DNA from: Octopus bimaculoides
Lineage: Eukaryota
Assembly (NCBI RefSeq): GCF_001194135.2
Contig: NC_068997.1
Location: 15,347,556 to 15,384,502, forward strand
Direction: 5' to 3'
Length of the DNA stretch: 36,947 nt
Positions 34,965 to 36,947 of this stretch are shown piece after piece (the first letter of the stretch is position 1; every line of letters starts with the position of its first letter). A model generated the notes under the pieces. The model searched no databases and had not been told where the DNA came from. It saw only the letters and a list, made by a program, of their open reading frames with translations. The translations under genes and the position numbers were made by a program.

Positions 34965-34998
<34 letters not shown>
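34856..34998. repeat. (TCTA/CCTA)n tract
   Basis: Directly visible. Confidence 0.97.
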
Positions 34999-35000
<2 letters not shown>

Positions 35001-35019
35001 ATATATATATATATATATC

Positions 35020-35155
35020 TGTCTTCGGTTTCAAGTTCAAATTCTGCTGAGGTCAACTTTGCTTTTCATTCTTTCAGGGTCAGTAAAATAAGTACCAGTT
35101 GAGCACTGAGGTCGATGTAATCGATTTATCTCCACTCTGCCACAATTTGAAACCG
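35020..35155 (+). mobile_element. SINE family B, 5'-truncated
   Basis: AGTTCAAATTCTGCTGAGGTCAACTTTGC...AAGTACCAGTTGAGCACTGAGGTCGATG. Confidence 0.82.
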
Positions 35156-35179
35156 TTTTTGTTGTTGTTGTTGTTGTGT

Positions 35180-35524
35180 GGAGCCGCAACGGCCCAGTGG
35201 TTAGGGCAGCGGACTTGTGGTCGTAGGATTGCGGTTTTGATTCCCAGACCAGGTGTTGTGAGTGTTTATTGAGAGAAAACACCTAAAGCTCCACAAGGCT
35301 CCGCCAAGGGGTGGTAGTGAACCCCGCTGTACTCTTTCACCACAACTTTCTTTCACTGTTTCTGTTGTACCTGTATTTCAAAGGGCCAGCCTTGTCATAC
35401 TCTGTGTCACGCTGAATCTCCCCAAGAACTACGTTAAGGGTACACGTGTCTGTGGAGTGCTCAGCCACTTGCACGTTAATTTCACGAGCAGGCTGTTCCG
35501 TTGATCGGATCAACTGGAACCCTC
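35180..35524 (+). mobile_element. tRNA-headed SINE sharing its body with family D
   Basis: A-box-like GGCCCAGTGG and B-box-like GGTTTTGATTCC; 3' body matches 20478-20640 (reverse complement). Confidence 0.85.
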
Positions 35525-35551
35525 AAAGTGCCACTATTGTTGTTGTTATTA

Positions 35552-35910
35552 AGGTAGAGAGCTGGCAGAATTATTAGCTCATCAGACAAAGAGTTCAGCA
35601 GCACTTCATTTTGCTTTATGCTCTGACCTCAAATTTTCATCAAGATTGACTTTGCCTATTACCCTTTTGAGAATGATGAAATAATTCCAAACACACACTA
35701 GGGTCAATGTAATCAACTACTTCCTCCACCCACCAAAAATTCAAACCTTGTATTATCATCAAGATCATCATAAAATAAGTACCAGTTATGCTCTGGGGTT
35801 GATGCAATTGACTTATTCTCTTTCCCTGAAATTGCTGGTCCCCCAAAATTGCTGGCCCTGAAATTTGACAACATTATTCAAAAATTGCTGGCTTTGTGTC
35901 AAAATCTGAA
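35552..35910 (+). mobile_element. Degenerate SINE family B with duplicated 3' segments
   Basis: GAGAGCTGGCAGAATTATTAGC...; AAAATTGCTGG repeated three to four times near the end. Confidence 0.75.
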
Positions 35911-36609
35911 ACCATTTTTAATAGTAGCAAGTAGCAGAAGATTGCCTTATTTTTTTTGAAAATGTTTCACTCAACTCTTTTCCTTCTTTCTCTCTCTCTC
36001 TCTCTCTCTCTTTCCCATCCTTCCAACAAGTAAATTCAGAACGATAGACAAAAAAAAAAAAATTAACAATAAAACAAAAGAACAACAAAAAAATAAAGAA
36101 AAGACAAAGAACGACAAACCTTTTCAAAGAATCGGGCAATAACCTACATTGTGCAGTGCTACATCTTGGAAAGATGCTGTGAAAAATAACTATATTCATT
36201 AAAGTTTATTATGGAACCTTGATCAAACCACAGAAAATCCCCGCTATTTAAAAAGACAACAAAGATCAGAAACTCGTCAGCGTAAGTTCAAGACTTGGTG
36301 ATCTTTCGTTCTTTCACTTAATTAGTTATACTGATATTTTTTTCATTTGTTCTATTTTTTTTAAATTTCAATTTTAATTATTGGTTTGTTTTTGAATTTT
36401 CTAAATGCAATTTAGTGTTTTGTTCCAATTTTTGCAAATATTATTAGTATTATCACTTATTGAACTTATATTCCGACAAGATTGTTGTTGTCGTTGTCGT
36501 TGTCGTCGTTGTTGTTGTTGTTGTATATTTTTTTTTTTGTTGTATGGTATATTTTTGTAGCCCTTTCCTTTTATATGCATTTTGAGCTCCTTTCATTGAT
36601 CTAGTATTA

Positions 36610-36947
36610 AATACACACACACACACACACACACGCCTCACATACACACACATATATATATACACGCATGTATACACAGATGCATACGGACACATGCAGA
36701 CACCCATATGTATACACATATATACATACATATATATATATATGCACATATAATTTCACATGCTAATATGCATACTTACATGCATAAATACACACACACA
36801 TACATATATATATATATGTATATACATACATACATACATATATATATATATATACAGATATATATACATATATATGCATATACATATATATATGTATATA
36901 CTTATATACACAGAAACACATGTTATATGCGTACACACATATGCATA
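36610..36947. repeat. (CA)/(TA) microsatellite field
   Basis: Directly visible. Confidence 0.93.

Noticed and set aside
36270-36280. Minus-strand CUGACGA
   Set aside because: No GAAA or stems downstream; not a hammerhead
1-36947. CRISPR arrays, operons, rRNA or true tRNA genes
   Set aside because: None seen; tRNA-like A/B boxes belong to SINE heads, and the DNA is eukaryotic repeat-rich sequence

Overview
AT-rich eukaryotic (animal) non-coding DNA from a fragmented draft assembly, with ten N gaps totalling about 3.5 kb. The repeat content (tRNA-derived SINEs that I recognise as Octopus-type, very dense di/tri/tetranucleotide microsatellites) points to a coleoid cephalopod, probably Octopus; this is recognition, not a database result. 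I can support no host protein-coding gene. Nearly every ORF in the track is a microsatellite translation or runs through Ns. The window is a transposon and microsatellite mosaic. (i) Three copies of a 547-640 bp non-autonomous DNA transposon with GGATC termini, perfect 8-bp TSDs, an internal inverted repeat and a central TTAGGG tract; Merlin-like by TSD and termini. (ii) Four remnants of R4/Dong-like (RLE) LINEs that sit in trinucleotide tracts. (iii) Two 3' ends of Tx1/L1-like LINEs, one bracketed by (TCTA)n. (iv) Two degenerate minimal type-I hammerhead ribozyme motifs of the kind carried by Penelope-like elements. (v) About 20 SINE copies of four or more families, several small MITEs, and a three-level nested insertion. 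The best candidates for something undescribed are the TTAGGG/G4-core MITE family, the hammerhead motifs and the apparent microsatellite targeting of the LINEs.
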